NCBI GenBank assembly: GCA_964545475.1
Contig: CAZJGG010000003.1
Location: 757-64,756, forward strand
Source of the DNA: an uncultured Eubacteriales bacterium
GTDB lineage: Bacteria > Bacillota > Clostridia > Lachnospirales > JAISER01
Length of the DNA stretch: 64,000 nucleotides
Direction of reading: 5' to 3'
Shown here in pieces: positions 27,153 to 37,084 of this stretch. Both the position numbers and the translations under genes were made by a program. A model generated the notes under the pieces. The model saw only the letters and a list, made by a program, of their open reading frames with translations. It did no database searches and was not told the origin of the DNA. Each line of letters starts with the position of its first letter. Positions within the stretch are counted from its first letter, which is position 1.

Positions 27153-28829
27153 ATGAAAAAAAATGTAGCAATTTTATTGGCACTTGTATTGACAGTAGCT
27201 TCTTTTGCAGGTTGCGCAAGCAAGCCGGCTGCTCCGCCGGCAGATAGTGGGCAACCAACAGAATCCGCAAGCACAGGTGGAGAAAGCAGCGAAGCACCTG
27301 CTGAAAGCAGCGCCAAGCCAGCCAGTGCAACTTGGGCTTTTTCAAATGAAATTGAACAAATGGATCCGGCTCTTAGCAACTACTCAAGATCAAACATGAT
27401 GCTTAAAAACGTATTCGGAGGACTTTTCAGAGTTAACGAAGAAAACATTCCTGAAAAAGTTTATTGCGAAGATTACACTGTTGACGAAACAGGCACAAAG
27501 TATGAATTTAAAATTGTGCAGGGTGCTAAATGGTCCGACGGTTCTCCTCTTACAGCACATGACTTTGAATATAACATGAAACGTGTTGCAGACCCTAACA
27601 TAGCTTCAAAAGCGGCGGCTGATTCATTTTTCCTTAAAAACGCTGAAAGAGCTTTTAACGGAGAATGTTCTCTTGATGAAATCGGTGTAAAAGCTATTGA
27701 CGACACAACTTTACAAATTGAATTATCAGGGCCAACGCCATATTTCCTTTATGTATTAACTATGCCTTCTTACTTCCCGGTTAAAAAGGAAATTGTTGAA
27801 CAACAAGGCGATGCGTGGACAAAATCTCCTGACACTTACATAAGTAACGGTGCATTTATGGCAAAAGAAATTAGCCCTTTAAACTATACTTTTGTTAAAA
27901 ACCCTAACTTCGTTTTTGCTGATCAAGTAGGTTTAGAAGAACTTAAAATCGTTATTATGGATTCAAGAGAGGCTCACTTTGCAGCTTACAAAACAGGTGA
28001 CATTGATGTATCCGACTATTTAAGCGCAGAAGCTATATCTGAATATAAAGACTCAAGCGAATTGAAATTATCAGACAGAGTTAACCTTTATTATTTCGAC
28101 TTAAACAACTACAATAAAGAAATGTCTGACGTTAGAGTAAGAAAAGCTCTTTCAATGGCTATTGATAGAAAATTAATTATTAATAATATTATTGAAAAAT
28201 CACATCACCCAGCTTACAGTATAATACCTTACGGTATGCCGGACTTGCTTGACGGAAGCAAACAATTCCGTGATGTATCCGGAGATTTATTTACTGAAGA
28301 CGTTGAACAAGCAAAACAATTGCTTGCAGAAGCTGGTTATCCAAACGGAGAAGGACTTCCAGTTCTTAAATTCTTTACACAATCTAACCAGATTGACGTA
28401 GATACAGCGCAAGCTATGCAAGACATGTGGTTGTCTAACCTTGGGGTAAAAACAGAAATTACTACTTTTGAAGATAAAGCTTACTGGAGCGAACAAGACC
28501 AAATGCAATACGATATTTTCCGTGACGGCTTTACTTCAAGCTTCCCAGATCCATACGGCATGTTCTTAACATTTATTTGGCAAAAACAAGAAAGACAAAC
28601 TGGCTGGAAGAGCGAAGAATTTGAAAAATTAATGGCAGATTCTCGTGCAACTACAGACCAAGCAAAACGTGAAGAATATTTCTTAAAAGCTGAAAAACTT
28701 ATGATTGATGAGATGCCTATTATACCATTGTACCACATGGTTGATAACTTCCTTTGTAAGCCACACTTAAAAGGCATTTTCAAAACAGGCGGCGGCCACA
28801 TTGTATTTGAAAAGGCTTATGTAGAGTAA
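27153..28829 (+). CDS. oppA: Peptide ABC transporter substrate-binding lipoprotein (OppA-like)
   Basis: Lipobox VASFAGCAS; SBP_bac_5 features (WSDGSPLTAHDFEYNMKR). Confidence 0.92.
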   Translation: MKKNVAILLALVLTVASFAGCASKPAAPPADSGQPTESASTGGESSEAPAESSAKPASATWAFSNEIEQMDPALSNYSRSNMMLKNVFGGLFRVNEENIPEKVYCEDYTVDETGTKYEFKIVQGAKWSDGSPLTAHDFEYNMKRVADPNIASKAAADSFFLKNAERAFNGECSLDEIGVKAIDDTTLQIELSGPTPYFLYVLTMPSYFPVKKEIVEQQGDAWTKSPDTYISNGAFMAKEISPLNYTFVKNPNFVFADQVGLEELKIVIMDSREAHFAAYKTGDIDVSDYLSAEAISEYKDSSELKLSDRVNLYYFDLNNYNKEMSDVRVRKALSMAIDRKLIINNIIEKSHHPAYSIIPYGMPDLLDGSKQFRDVSGDLFTEDVEQAKQLLAEAGYPNGEGLPVLKFFTQSNQIDVDTAQAMQDMWLSNLGVKTEITTFEDKAYWSEQDQMQYDIFRDGFTSSFPDPYGMFLTFIWQKQERQTGWKSEEFEKLMADSRATTDQAKREEYFLKAEKLMIDEMPIIPLYHMVDNFLCKPHLKGIFKTGGGHIVFEKAYVE

Positions 28830-28859
28830 TTTTAATACTTTAATTTTAAATTAATATCA

Positions 28860-28888
28860 GGGCGTGTTTGAATTTTTCAGACACGCCC
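28860..28888 (+). terminator. Hairpin after oppA
   Basis: gggcgtgt...acacgccc. Confidence 0.5.
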
Positions 28889-28937
28889 GATTAAGGATTA
28901 TTAGAAAAATATTGCCATAAATGGAGGTCAGTTAATT

Positions 28938-29873
28938 ATGCAAAAACCCAAAGCTTTAAAAAAGGGTGACACTATTGGCTTAGTTGCACCGTCCGGCCCA
29001 GTTAAGGATTTAAGCCAAATTGATAAGGCTGTTAAAATTATTGAAGAGTGGGGCTTTAAAGCAAAGCTTGGAAAAGCTGTTAAAGAGCAGTATGGTTATA
29101 TGGCAGGGCGTGAAGAAGGCCGTGTTGCGGATATTCATGAAATGTTTGCAGACGACAGCGTTGACGGCATTTTCTGTATAAGAGGGGGGTATGGTACACC
29201 TCGAATTGCAGGGATGCTTGATATGGATTTAATAAAGAAAAATCCAAAGGTGTTCGTTGGATACAGTGATATTACAACACTGCTAATAATGCTTGCGCAA
29301 CAAGGGGATATGGTTTCTTTCCATGGCCCAATGCCTACATCTGATTTCACTAGTGATAAATTCGGGGAATATTCAAAAGATAGTTTATTAAATACGGTTA
29401 CATCCACAGCACCTTTAGGGGAACTTAAAAACCCAGAAGGGCACGAACTTCAATGTTTATCCCCAGGGGTTGTAACAGCGCCTATTATTGGCGGAAACTT
29501 AACATTAATCGGCTTAACTATGGGAACACCTTATGAAATAGATTTAAAAGATAAAATATTGTTAATTGAAGATATAAGCGAAGAACCTCATAAAATAGAC
29601 GGCCGTCTTTGCCAGCTTAAAAACGCCGGCAAACTTGATGAATGCGCTGGTTTTATTATTGGGGATTTTAACGATGCAATTCCTTATAACACAAACCCAA
29701 GTCTTTTATGGGAAGAGGTTATTAACGATTTAATAATTCCAACTAAAAAACCTGTTTTAGGTAATTTACGAGCAGGTCACTGCGAACCAAAAATTACAGT
29801 GCCTTTCGGTGTGCCAGTTACTCTTGATGCCACAAATAAAAAGATTATTTGCAATGAAAGTTTTTGCATTTAA
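28938..29873 (+). CDS. S66-family LD-carboxypeptidase
   Basis: GLVAPSGPV, FCIRGGYGTPRI, FVGYSDITTL (catalytic Ser) motifs. Confidence 0.9.
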   Translation: MQKPKALKKGDTIGLVAPSGPVKDLSQIDKAVKIIEEWGFKAKLGKAVKEQYGYMAGREEGRVADIHEMFADDSVDGIFCIRGGYGTPRIAGMLDMDLIKKNPKVFVGYSDITTLLIMLAQQGDMVSFHGPMPTSDFTSDKFGEYSKDSLLNTVTSTAPLGELKNPEGHELQCLSPGVVTAPIIGGNLTLIGLTMGTPYEIDLKDKILLIEDISEEPHKIDGRLCQLKNAGKLDECAGFIIGDFNDAIPYNTNPSLLWEEVINDLIIPTKKPVLGNLRAGHCEPKITVPFGVPVTLDATNKKIICNESFCI

Positions 29874-29887
29874 TAGGAGGCTTTAAA

Positions 29888-31018
29888 TTGAGCTTTGAAA
29901 CTTATGCCGAAATTAATTTAGATAATATAACCCATAATATTACCGCCCTTAAAAAACATGTGGGAAATGCGGAGGTTATGGCTGTTTTAAAGGCAAACGC
30001 TTATGGGCTTGATGCGCCATCAATTTTTAAACATTTGTGCTCAATAGGGGTAAAGCGGTTTGCTGTTGCAAATTTTAGAGAAGCTATGGAGCTTAGGCAG
30101 ATAGATTCTCAAGTACCAATTCTTATTTTTGGAAACATTAATCCGGAAAATATGGAAACGGCGATTAATAATAATTTAACAATTACAGTTTTTTCTAAAG
30201 AGTTTTGGGAAATTTTGAAACAAAAAATAGACAAAAACGTTAATGTGCATATAAAACTTAACACGGGCTTTAACCGTTTAGGCTTTGAATGCGATGACGA
30301 AAGTGTTAAAATAATAAAAGAAATTGCAAACAATCCTTTTGTAAATACAGAAGGGGTATATTCCCATCTTGCCCTTGGAAGCGAGGAAAACGACAAGGCG
30401 CAATTTGACTTGTTTACCGATATGGTTTCAAGGCTTGAAAATGAGGGAATAAAATTTAAGTTTAAGCATATTGCTGATAGCATTTCCGCAGTGACATACA
30501 AATGGTCACACCTTGATATGGTTCGCCTTGGTGCGGTTATGTACGGGCTTAAAGCCAATTATCCCGGGTATGATGAATTGGGGCTTAAAGGTACTGTAAG
30601 GCTTTATTCAAGCGTATCCCAAGTTAGAAAAATTAAAAAAGGAGCAGGTATTTCTTACGACTATTTGTTTTGCGCCCCAGAAGATATGACCGTAGCCACA
30701 GTGGCGTTTGGTTATGCCGACGGTTACCCCAGAAATTTAGGCAGAGAAAACGGCTTTGTGCTTATTCATGGGCAAAAAGCTACTATTCTTGGTATAATGT
30801 GTATGGATCAGTGCGTTGTAGACGTTACTCATATTTCTGATGTGAGAGTTAACGATGAAGTGCTTCTTTATGAAACAGAAGATAAGTCGCCGGTTTCAGT
30901 AGCTTCTGTTGCGCTGTTGGCAGGGACAAACAAAAACGGCTTGCTTTCAGGTATAACTAAGAGGGTTGCGAAAGTTTATATTAAAAATTATGAAAGATTA
31001 TCGTCGGAGCAGTTATAA
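29888..31018 (+). CDS. alr: Alanine racemase
   Basis: VMAVLKANAYG PLP-lysine motif, VAFGYADGYPR. TTG start after TAGGAGG (track start 29864). Confidence 0.92.
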   Translation: MSFETYAEINLDNITHNITALKKHVGNAEVMAVLKANAYGLDAPSIFKHLCSIGVKRFAVANFREAMELRQIDSQVPILIFGNINPENMETAINNNLTITVFSKEFWEILKQKIDKNVNVHIKLNTGFNRLGFECDDESVKIIKEIANNPFVNTEGVYSHLALGSEENDKAQFDLFTDMVSRLENEGIKFKFKHIADSISAVTYKWSHLDMVRLGAVMYGLKANYPGYDELGLKGTVRLYSSVSQVRKIKKGAGISYDYLFCAPEDMTVATVAFGYADGYPRNLGRENGFVLIHGQKATILGIMCMDQCVVDVTHISDVRVNDEVLLYETEDKSPVSVASVALLAGTNKNGLLSGITKRVAKVYIKNYERLSSEQL

Positions 31019-31052
31019 ATGTTAATAAATATATTTAAAAAGAAGGCTTGAA

Positions 31053-32243
31053 ATGAAATTAAATGAAATAAACAGGCAGGCTGATTTAATGTTTCCGCTG
31101 TTAACAGAGCTGAGAAGGCATTTACATATAAATCCAGAGCTTGGACAGCAGGAATTTATGACCCAAAAATTTATAATGGAGTTTCTTCAAAATGAGGGAA
31201 TCCCTTGTGAAAAAATTGCCGATACCGGAGTTATTGCTTGGGTTAAAGGAAACGCACCCGGCAGAGTTGTTGCCGCAAGAGCGGACATTGATGCCTTGCC
31301 GATTTTAGAGGATGACGGAGCAGCGTATTGCTCTGTAAACAAGGGAGTTATGCACGCTTGCGGTCATGATGCCCATACAGCCATAAATATGGGTTTGGCT
31401 AAATTTTTTAATGATAATAAAGAATCATTTCATGGTACGGTAAAATTCTTTTATCAGCCTGCAGAGGAAACTGTTGGCGGCGCAAGGCGCATGATTGAGG
31501 CAGGTTGCATGGAAAACCCGAAAGTTGATTATGTAATAGGGTTGCATGTTATGCCTTATATATATTATAATCAAGTGGAAGTAAAACACGGTCCTCTTAA
31601 CGCTTCAACAAACACAGTAAGACTTACTGTAAGAGGAAAAAGCGGACATGGGGCATACCCTGACATATGCGTTGATGCCATTATGATTGCGGCGCAAATT
31701 ATTGTGTCTTTACAATCAGTAGTAAGCAGAAATATTTCCCCCCTTGATTGCGCTGTTTTAACATTTGGCAAAATTAACGGAGGAAAAGCCGGCAACGTTA
31801 TTGCCGATGAGGTGGAGCTAGTTGGAACTTTGCGTTCTTCCGGGCCCCATGTGGAAAAAATTATGCTGGAAAAAGTAAGGACAATAGCAACGGGCATTGC
31901 TGCGGCTATGGGTGGCGAATGTATTATGAAGCTTGGGGGAGACGGTTATTTACCCCTTGTTAACGACGATGAGATTATTGATTTAATAACGGAAAACGCC
32001 GTGGAGTATTTAGGCGCAGAAAACGTTAATTTTAAGCCTGTTATGAGCATGGGTGGGGAAGATTTTTCTTTCTTTAACGCTAATACAAGAGGTGCATTTT
32101 ATAGCTTGGGTTGCCGTGTTCAGGGCAGAGAACCTTATGGGTTACATACAAAGCAATTTGATATTGATGAACGATGCTTGAAAACAGGGCTTGTTCTGCA
32201 AGCCATGAATATATATAAATTATTAGCATATGGCAAACTCTAA
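31053..32243 (+). CDS. M20 family amidohydrolase (hippurate hydrolase/N-acyl-DAP deacetylase-like)
   Basis: RRHLHINPELGQQEF, RADIDALPI, MHACGHDAHTAI. Confidence 0.9.
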   Translation: MKLNEINRQADLMFPLLTELRRHLHINPELGQQEFMTQKFIMEFLQNEGIPCEKIADTGVIAWVKGNAPGRVVAARADIDALPILEDDGAAYCSVNKGVMHACGHDAHTAINMGLAKFFNDNKESFHGTVKFFYQPAEETVGGARRMIEAGCMENPKVDYVIGLHVMPYIYYNQVEVKHGPLNASTNTVRLTVRGKSGHGAYPDICVDAIMIAAQIIVSLQSVVSRNISPLDCAVLTFGKINGGKAGNVIADEVELVGTLRSSGPHVEKIMLEKVRTIATGIAAAMGGECIMKLGGDGYLPLVNDDEIIDLITENAVEYLGAENVNFKPVMSMGGEDFSFFNANTRGAFYSLGCRVQGREPYGLHTKQFDIDERCLKTGLVLQAMNIYKLLAYGKL

Positions 32244-32390
32244 AAACCCCATTTCGCCATTTTTTTGGCAAATTTTCCGTTTTGCTGTGTCAGCGAGAAA
32301 CGCCCATACAATTGATAGTATGAACGTTCCTCGCTTCCTTTCAAAACGAAAAATTTGCTCAAAAATCTGACGAAAGCGAGTTTTTAGAGG
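32238..32390 (+). repeat. Dispersed long-hairpin repeat, full copy B
   Basis: Termini ctctaaaaac ... gtttttagag; core shared with 54009-54174 (ggcaaattttccg, aaacgcccatac, tagtatgaacgtt, aaaaatttgctcaaaaatc). Confidence 0.85.
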
Positions 32391-32412
32391 TTGCCTATAA
32401 AGGAGATTAAAC

Positions 32413-33210
32413 ATGAAGATTTTTTTAAGCTGTGATATTGAGGGCACTAACGGAATTGCACATTGGGATGAAACTGAAAACGACAAAGCGCCTTACAAAT
32501 ATTGGGCGGACGTAATGACAAAAGAAGTTAACGCCGTTTGCAATGGTATTAACAATGCTTCTAGTGATTGCCAAATTTTTGTTAAAGACGCTCATGGCAG
32601 CGGTAGAAATCTTGACCATCAAATGCTTCCATTAAACGTTACTTTAAACAGAAGCTGGGCAAGACACCCATATTCTATGATGTACGGTATTGATTCTTCC
32701 TTTGATGCAACAATATTTTCCGGCTATCACAGCGGTGCAGCGAACAACGGTAATCCTCTTGCCCACACAATGAACGGGCAAATTATATATTTAAAAATTA
32801 ACGGCATGTATATTAGCGAATGTATAATGAACTATTATTCTTCGCTTTATAATGGCGTTCCTCTTGTTATGGTAGCCGGGGACGAAGCTCTTTGCGAATC
32901 AATTAAAAAAATTGAGCCTAACATTTACACTGTAACCAGCTTTGTGGGATGCGGCGGAAGCGTTACTTCTGAACACCCGGAAGTAACAAGAAAAAAAATA
33001 ATGGAGACAGCAGAAATTGCTGTTAAAAACCGTTCAAAAATGAGCGCTAAACTTCCAGAGGAGTTTAAAGCAGAAGTTTACTTTAAAACACATATGCAAG
33101 CTTCAAGAGCTACGTTTTACCCAGGGGCTTATAAAGTTACCGACCATAGCGTTGGCTTTGACACAAAAGATTACTTTGAATTCTTGAAATTTTTTATGTT
33201 TGTAAGCTAA
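32413..33210 (+). CDS. dppA: M55 family D-aminopeptidase (DppA-like)
   Basis: MKIFLSCDIEGTNGIAHWDE, KDAHGSGRN, VVMVAGDEALC-like metal and active-site motifs. Confidence 0.88.
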   Translation: MKIFLSCDIEGTNGIAHWDETENDKAPYKYWADVMTKEVNAVCNGINNASSDCQIFVKDAHGSGRNLDHQMLPLNVTLNRSWARHPYSMMYGIDSSFDATIFSGYHSGAANNGNPLAHTMNGQIIYLKINGMYISECIMNYYSSLYNGVPLVMVAGDEALCESIKKIEPNIYTVTSFVGCGGSVTSEHPEVTRKKIMETAEIAVKNRSKMSAKLPEEFKAEVYFKTHMQASRATFYPGAYKVTDHSVGFDTKDYFEFLKFFMFVS

Positions 33211-33260
33211 CTGTAATTTATATATAAACAAAAGACAAATAATTAATAGGAGATATGTTA

Positions 33261-34583
33261 ATGGACTATAAAATTCATAGCAAAAACCTGCCTAACGACA
33301 AATTCTTTACAGTAAACCAAAACGGAAATATGGAATTTAATAAGTGCGACGTTGTGGAGCTTGCTAAGGAATACGGCACGCCTTTATATGTTGTAAATGA
33401 AGACGGAATCCGTGAAAAATGCCAGATAGTTAAAAAAGGCTTTATGAATAAATATGACAACACTTTGGCGCTTTACGCAAGCAAAGCTTTTAGTTGCACT
33501 GAAATTTATAGAATATTAAAAGAAGAAGGTTTGGGTGTAGACGTTGTATCCGGCGGAGAGCTTTACACGGCTTACAAAGCTGGTTTCCCTATGGACAAAG
33601 TTTATTTCCACGGAAACAATAAATCCGCTGCAGAATTAGAACTTGCCCTTGACTATAAAGTTGGCAGATTAGTTGTAGATAGCTATCACGAGCTAGAAGT
33701 TTTAAATGAAATTGCTAAAAAACGTGGCGTAAAGCAAGAAATTCTTTTAAGAATTTCTCCAGGTATAGATATTCACTCCCACGAATACTTAAAAACAGGG
33801 GTTTTAGACTGTAAATTCGGCTTCCCAATTGAAACCGGGTTTGCCCATGATGTTTGCCTTAAAGCCTCTCAATATGAAAACTTAGAATTGGTTGGTATTC
33901 ATTGCCATATAGGCTCTCAAATATTACTTACAGATAGTTTTACTGATGCAATTTTAGTTATGGCTAACTTTATTAAAGAAATTAAAGATAAATACGGTAT
34001 TTGCCTTAAAGAGTTAAACGTGGGCGGCGGTTACGGCGTGCGCTTTACTGATGATTCTGAATTTTTAGATGTTTGTAGCCTTTGGGAATTAATGATGAAT
34101 GCTCTTTACAAATTTTGCGACGAAAACTCCCTTGACATTCCAAAAGTCCTTATTGAGCCGGGAAGATGGATTATTTCTGAAAGCGGCATAACCCTTTATA
34201 AAACAGGTACTGAAAAAGATATTAAAGGTGTTCGCAAGTATATAAGCGTAGACGGCGGCATGGCAGACAACCCAAGAGTGACTTTATACGGCGCGAAATA
34301 TCAAGCTCTTTGTGCAAACAAAATGAATGAGCAGGAAACTCAGTTGGTTTCAATCGCCGGAAGATGCTGTGAAACAGGGGATATCCTCATTAAAGACATT
34401 GTTATGCCAGATCTTGAGCCAAACGATGTATTGGCGGTTCTTTCAACCGGGGCTTACAACTACGCAATGTCCAGCAATTATAACAGGCTTCCGAGACCTG
34501 CTGTTGTTATGATTAAGGACGGAAAGCCAAGAATAATTGTAAAACGGGAAACATATGAAGATATTATCCGCAATGACGTATAA
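33261..34583 (+). CDS. lysA: Diaminopimelate decarboxylase
   Basis: YASKAFSCTEIYR PLP-lysine context, ELNVGGGYGVRFT, VEPGRWI; SD aggag then ATG at 33261. Confidence 0.93.
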   Translation: MDYKIHSKNLPNDKFFTVNQNGNMEFNKCDVVELAKEYGTPLYVVNEDGIREKCQIVKKGFMNKYDNTLALYASKAFSCTEIYRILKEEGLGVDVVSGGELYTAYKAGFPMDKVYFHGNNKSAAELELALDYKVGRLVVDSYHELEVLNEIAKKRGVKQEILLRISPGIDIHSHEYLKTGVLDCKFGFPIETGFAHDVCLKASQYENLELVGIHCHIGSQILLTDSFTDAILVMANFIKEIKDKYGICLKELNVGGGYGVRFTDDSEFLDVCSLWELMMNALYKFCDENSLDIPKVLIEPGRWIISESGITLYKTGTEKDIKGVRKYISVDGGMADNPRVTLYGAKYQALCANKMNEQETQLVSIAGRCCETGDILIKDIVMPDLEPNDVLAVLSTGAYNYAMSSNYNRLPRPAVVMIKDGKPRIIVKRETYEDIIRNDV

Positions 34584-34600
34584 TATTTAAATAATTAAGA

Positions 34601-34636
34601 AATAGTGGTCGGCTTGGTTATGCCGCCACTATTTTT
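34601..34636 (+). terminator. Intrinsic terminator after lysA
   Basis: aatagtggtcggc-ttggttat-gccgccactatt followed by T-run. Confidence 0.85.
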
Positions 34637-34655
34637 ATAGAACGGAGATAATCTT

Positions 34656-35420
34656 ATGCAGGATAAAATAATTGAATATTACAACAATTACGATGAAGAC
34701 GGTAGACTAAAAAAAGATAACTTACATAAAGTTGAGTTTTTAACAACAACGGCTTACTTTGATAAATATTTTAGTTCAAGCCAGAAAATACTTGATGCCT
34801 GCGCAGGGACAGGCGTTTACGCCTTTTACTTTGCAGAAAAAGGACATGAAGTAACAGCGTGTGACTTAGTTTCTCACAATGTAGAAATTATGAAAAAAAG
34901 CCATAAAGCTGATATGCTAAAGCAAATTAGCGTTTGCGATGTGCTTAATATTTCGGAACAATTTGAGCCTGAATCTTTTGATTGTGTGTTGTGTATGGGT
35001 GCGCTTTATCATTTGCGTTCTAAAGAGGATAGGTTAAAGGCAATTAAAGAATGTTTTGATGCAACGAAAAAGGGCGGTTATGTTGTTTTGGCTTATGTAA
35101 ATATGTTTCCAGTAGTAATGTTGGAAACAAACGACGATTTAAGTAATATGGATGAGATGAACCGCATTTTAAATAAACAGGATGATTACATTTTTACTTT
35201 TTCAACTCCAGATGAAATAGAATCTTTGGCAGAACAAGTAGGGCTGAAAAAAGTTTGTCATTTTGGGGCAGACGGTATGTTTTACAGTATTATTGACAAA
35301 GTAAACAACGCTTCTGATGAAGACTTTAAAAAATTAATGGAATACCATTTGGCAACATGTGAAGAACCAAGCATTTTGGGAGCAAGTATGCATGGGTTAT
35401 ATATTGGGCAAAAATTATAA
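34656..35420 (+). CDS. Class I SAM-dependent methyltransferase
   Basis: ILDACAGTGVYAFYFAEKGHEVTACDL motif I. Confidence 0.85.
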   Translation: MQDKIIEYYNNYDEDGRLKKDNLHKVEFLTTTAYFDKYFSSSQKILDACAGTGVYAFYFAEKGHEVTACDLVSHNVEIMKKSHKADMLKQISVCDVLNISEQFEPESFDCVLCMGALYHLRSKEDRLKAIKECFDATKKGGYVVLAYVNMFPVVMLETNDDLSNMDEMNRILNKQDDYIFTFSTPDEIESLAEQVGLKKVCHFGADGMFYSIIDKVNNASDEDFKKLMEYHLATCEEPSILGASMHGLYIGQKL

Positions 35421-35440
35421 AGTTATTTCAGCATAATCAT

Positions 35441-35478
35441 AAATTTTTAGAGCGTGTTAAAACACGCTCTAAAAATTT
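35441..35478. terminator. Bidirectional terminator, 18-bp perfect inverted repeat
   Basis: aaatttttagagcgtgtt-aa-aacacgctctaaaaattt between convergent genes. Confidence 0.85.
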
Positions 35479-36355
35479 ATTTAAATATATCGTTTTTAAT
35501 TTTAATACCTGTTTCAGTAAAGGCGATGCCTCCAAGGGCAGTTTCTCTTAGCTCAAAAGGAAGAGCCTTGCCGACTTTAAACATTGCCTCAATTACTTCA
35601 TCTGCAGGGATAATGCTTTTCATGCCCCCAAGAGCAAGGTCTGCGCTTAAAATGGCGTTAACCGCCTGGGAGGCATTTCTTTGGGCGCATGGAACTTGCA
35701 CAAGCCCGGCAACCGGGTCGCAAACAAGCCCCATACAGTTCATAAGGGCGAAACAGCAAGCGTTTATAGCAGCTTCGTTTGTGCCTCCTGCCAAAAACAC
35801 TGCCGCCGAAGCAGACATTGCTGCCGCTACGCCGCATTCTGCCTGACAGCCGCCTTCTGCCCCGGAAACCGTTGCATTTTTCATTATTATTGCGCCAATA
35901 CCGGAAGCAGTTAATAAAGCCTTTAAAATTTGATCTTTTTCACAATTATATTTTTCTCCCACTGATATTAAAACAGCCGGTAAAATTCCGCAAGCCCCTG
36001 CTGTTGGTGCGGCGCAAATTTTACCCATAGAGGCATTAACTTCACTGCAAGAAAGAGCTCTTGCCATAAGCTTATTTATAAAACCGCCGCAAATAGTGTT
36101 GTCATTTTTGCTATAATTGTTTTGAGTGGTGGAAAGCCCCTCAATTAAGCCGCCTACAGTAGGGAGCGCCTGGTCAAGAGCTTTTTCTGCGGATTTGCAC
36201 ATTACTTCGTAACGGCTATCAAGCTGTTGAAATATTTGTTCGTCTGTAAGACCAGTTAAATTCTTTTCGTTTTCAAGAATGACTTCCCATAAATGTGCAT
36301 TTTTATTTTTAGCCCCAGTGTATATATCATTAATTGTATTATACAAGTTTTTCAC
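35477..36355 (-). CDS. sdaAA: L-serine dehydratase, iron-sulfur-dependent, alpha subunit
   Basis: CAAPTAGACGILPAVL, ALMNCMGLVCDPVAGLVQVPC motifs. Confidence 0.95.
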   Translation of the reverse strand: MKNLYNTINDIYTGAKNKNAHLWEVILENEKNLTGLTDEQIFQQLDSRYEVMCKSAEKALDQALPTVGGLIEGLSTTQNNYSKNDNTICGGFINKLMARALSCSEVNASMGKICAAPTAGACGILPAVLISVGEKYNCEKDQILKALLTASGIGAIIMKNATVSGAEGGCQAECGVAAAMSASAAVFLAGGTNEAAINACCFALMNCMGLVCDPVAGLVQVPCAQRNASQAVNAILSADLALGGMKSIIPADEVIEAMFKVGKALPFELRETALGGIAFTETGIKIKNDIFK

Positions 36356-36358
36356 CTC

Positions 36359-37021
36359 TTATATATTTATTGCGCAAACATCAATAATTTCATTAATTGC
36401 GCTTATTTCTGAAACTAACGAATCTTCAAGCTTACTGTCCGTCTCAATAACGCAAAAGGCAGTTCCGCCCTTTTCCTGCCGGCTTACTTTCATTGTGCCA
36501 ATATTTATGTTGTATTTGGCAAGTGCATGGCTAACTTTGCTGATAACACCGGGTTTGTCCTGTTGTTGAATAAGCAATGCCGAGGATTGAGCTGTAAATT
36601 CCACTTTAAAATCGTTGATTTTACTAATTAAAATTTGACCGCCTCCAATGGAAGAGCCAATAATAACGCCATATTTTTCAGTGTTATTAAAAAATGTCAT
36701 TTTTACCGTGTTTTCATGTACACCCTCTAAAACTGTTTCAGAAAATTTATAAGTAATGTTTTTATCTTTTGCTATAGAAAAAGATGAAGAAATTATTTCG
36801 TCATCTTCCATTATATCTAAAATTCCGGCAACAAGGGCAAGATTTGTACCGTGTCCAACATAAGTTTTGGCAAATGAACCATGAAGCTCAAACAAAACAT
36901 GGGTAAACGGCTTGGATATAATTTTTCTTGCAATTCTTGCAAGCCTTACAGCTCCGGCGGTATGAGAGCTAGACGGCCCAATCATAACAGGCCCAACAAC
37001 TTCAAAGATGCTTATACTCAA
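36359..37021 (-). CDS. sdaAB: L-serine dehydratase, beta subunit (ACT domain)
   Basis: VVGPVMIGPSSSHTAGAVRLARIAR; C-terminal ACT domain. Confidence 0.95.
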   Translation of the reverse strand: MSISIFEVVGPVMIGPSSSHTAGAVRLARIARKIISKPFTHVLFELHGSFAKTYVGHGTNLALVAGILDIMEDDEIISSSFSIAKDKNITYKFSETVLEGVHENTVKMTFFNNTEKYGVIIGSSIGGGQILISKINDFKVEFTAQSSALLIQQQDKPGVISKVSHALAKYNINIGTMKVSRQEKGGTAFCVIETDSKLEDSLVSEISAINEIIDVCAINI

Positions 37022-37084
37022 ATTTTCTCCTCCTATAATAAAAGCCCTCCTAAATGATAATACATTTAGGAGGTGGTTTTTAAA

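Noticed and set aside
33211-33260. Lysine riboswitch upstream of lysA
   Set aside because: The gap between dppA and lysA is only about 50 nt, too short for the L-box aptamer.
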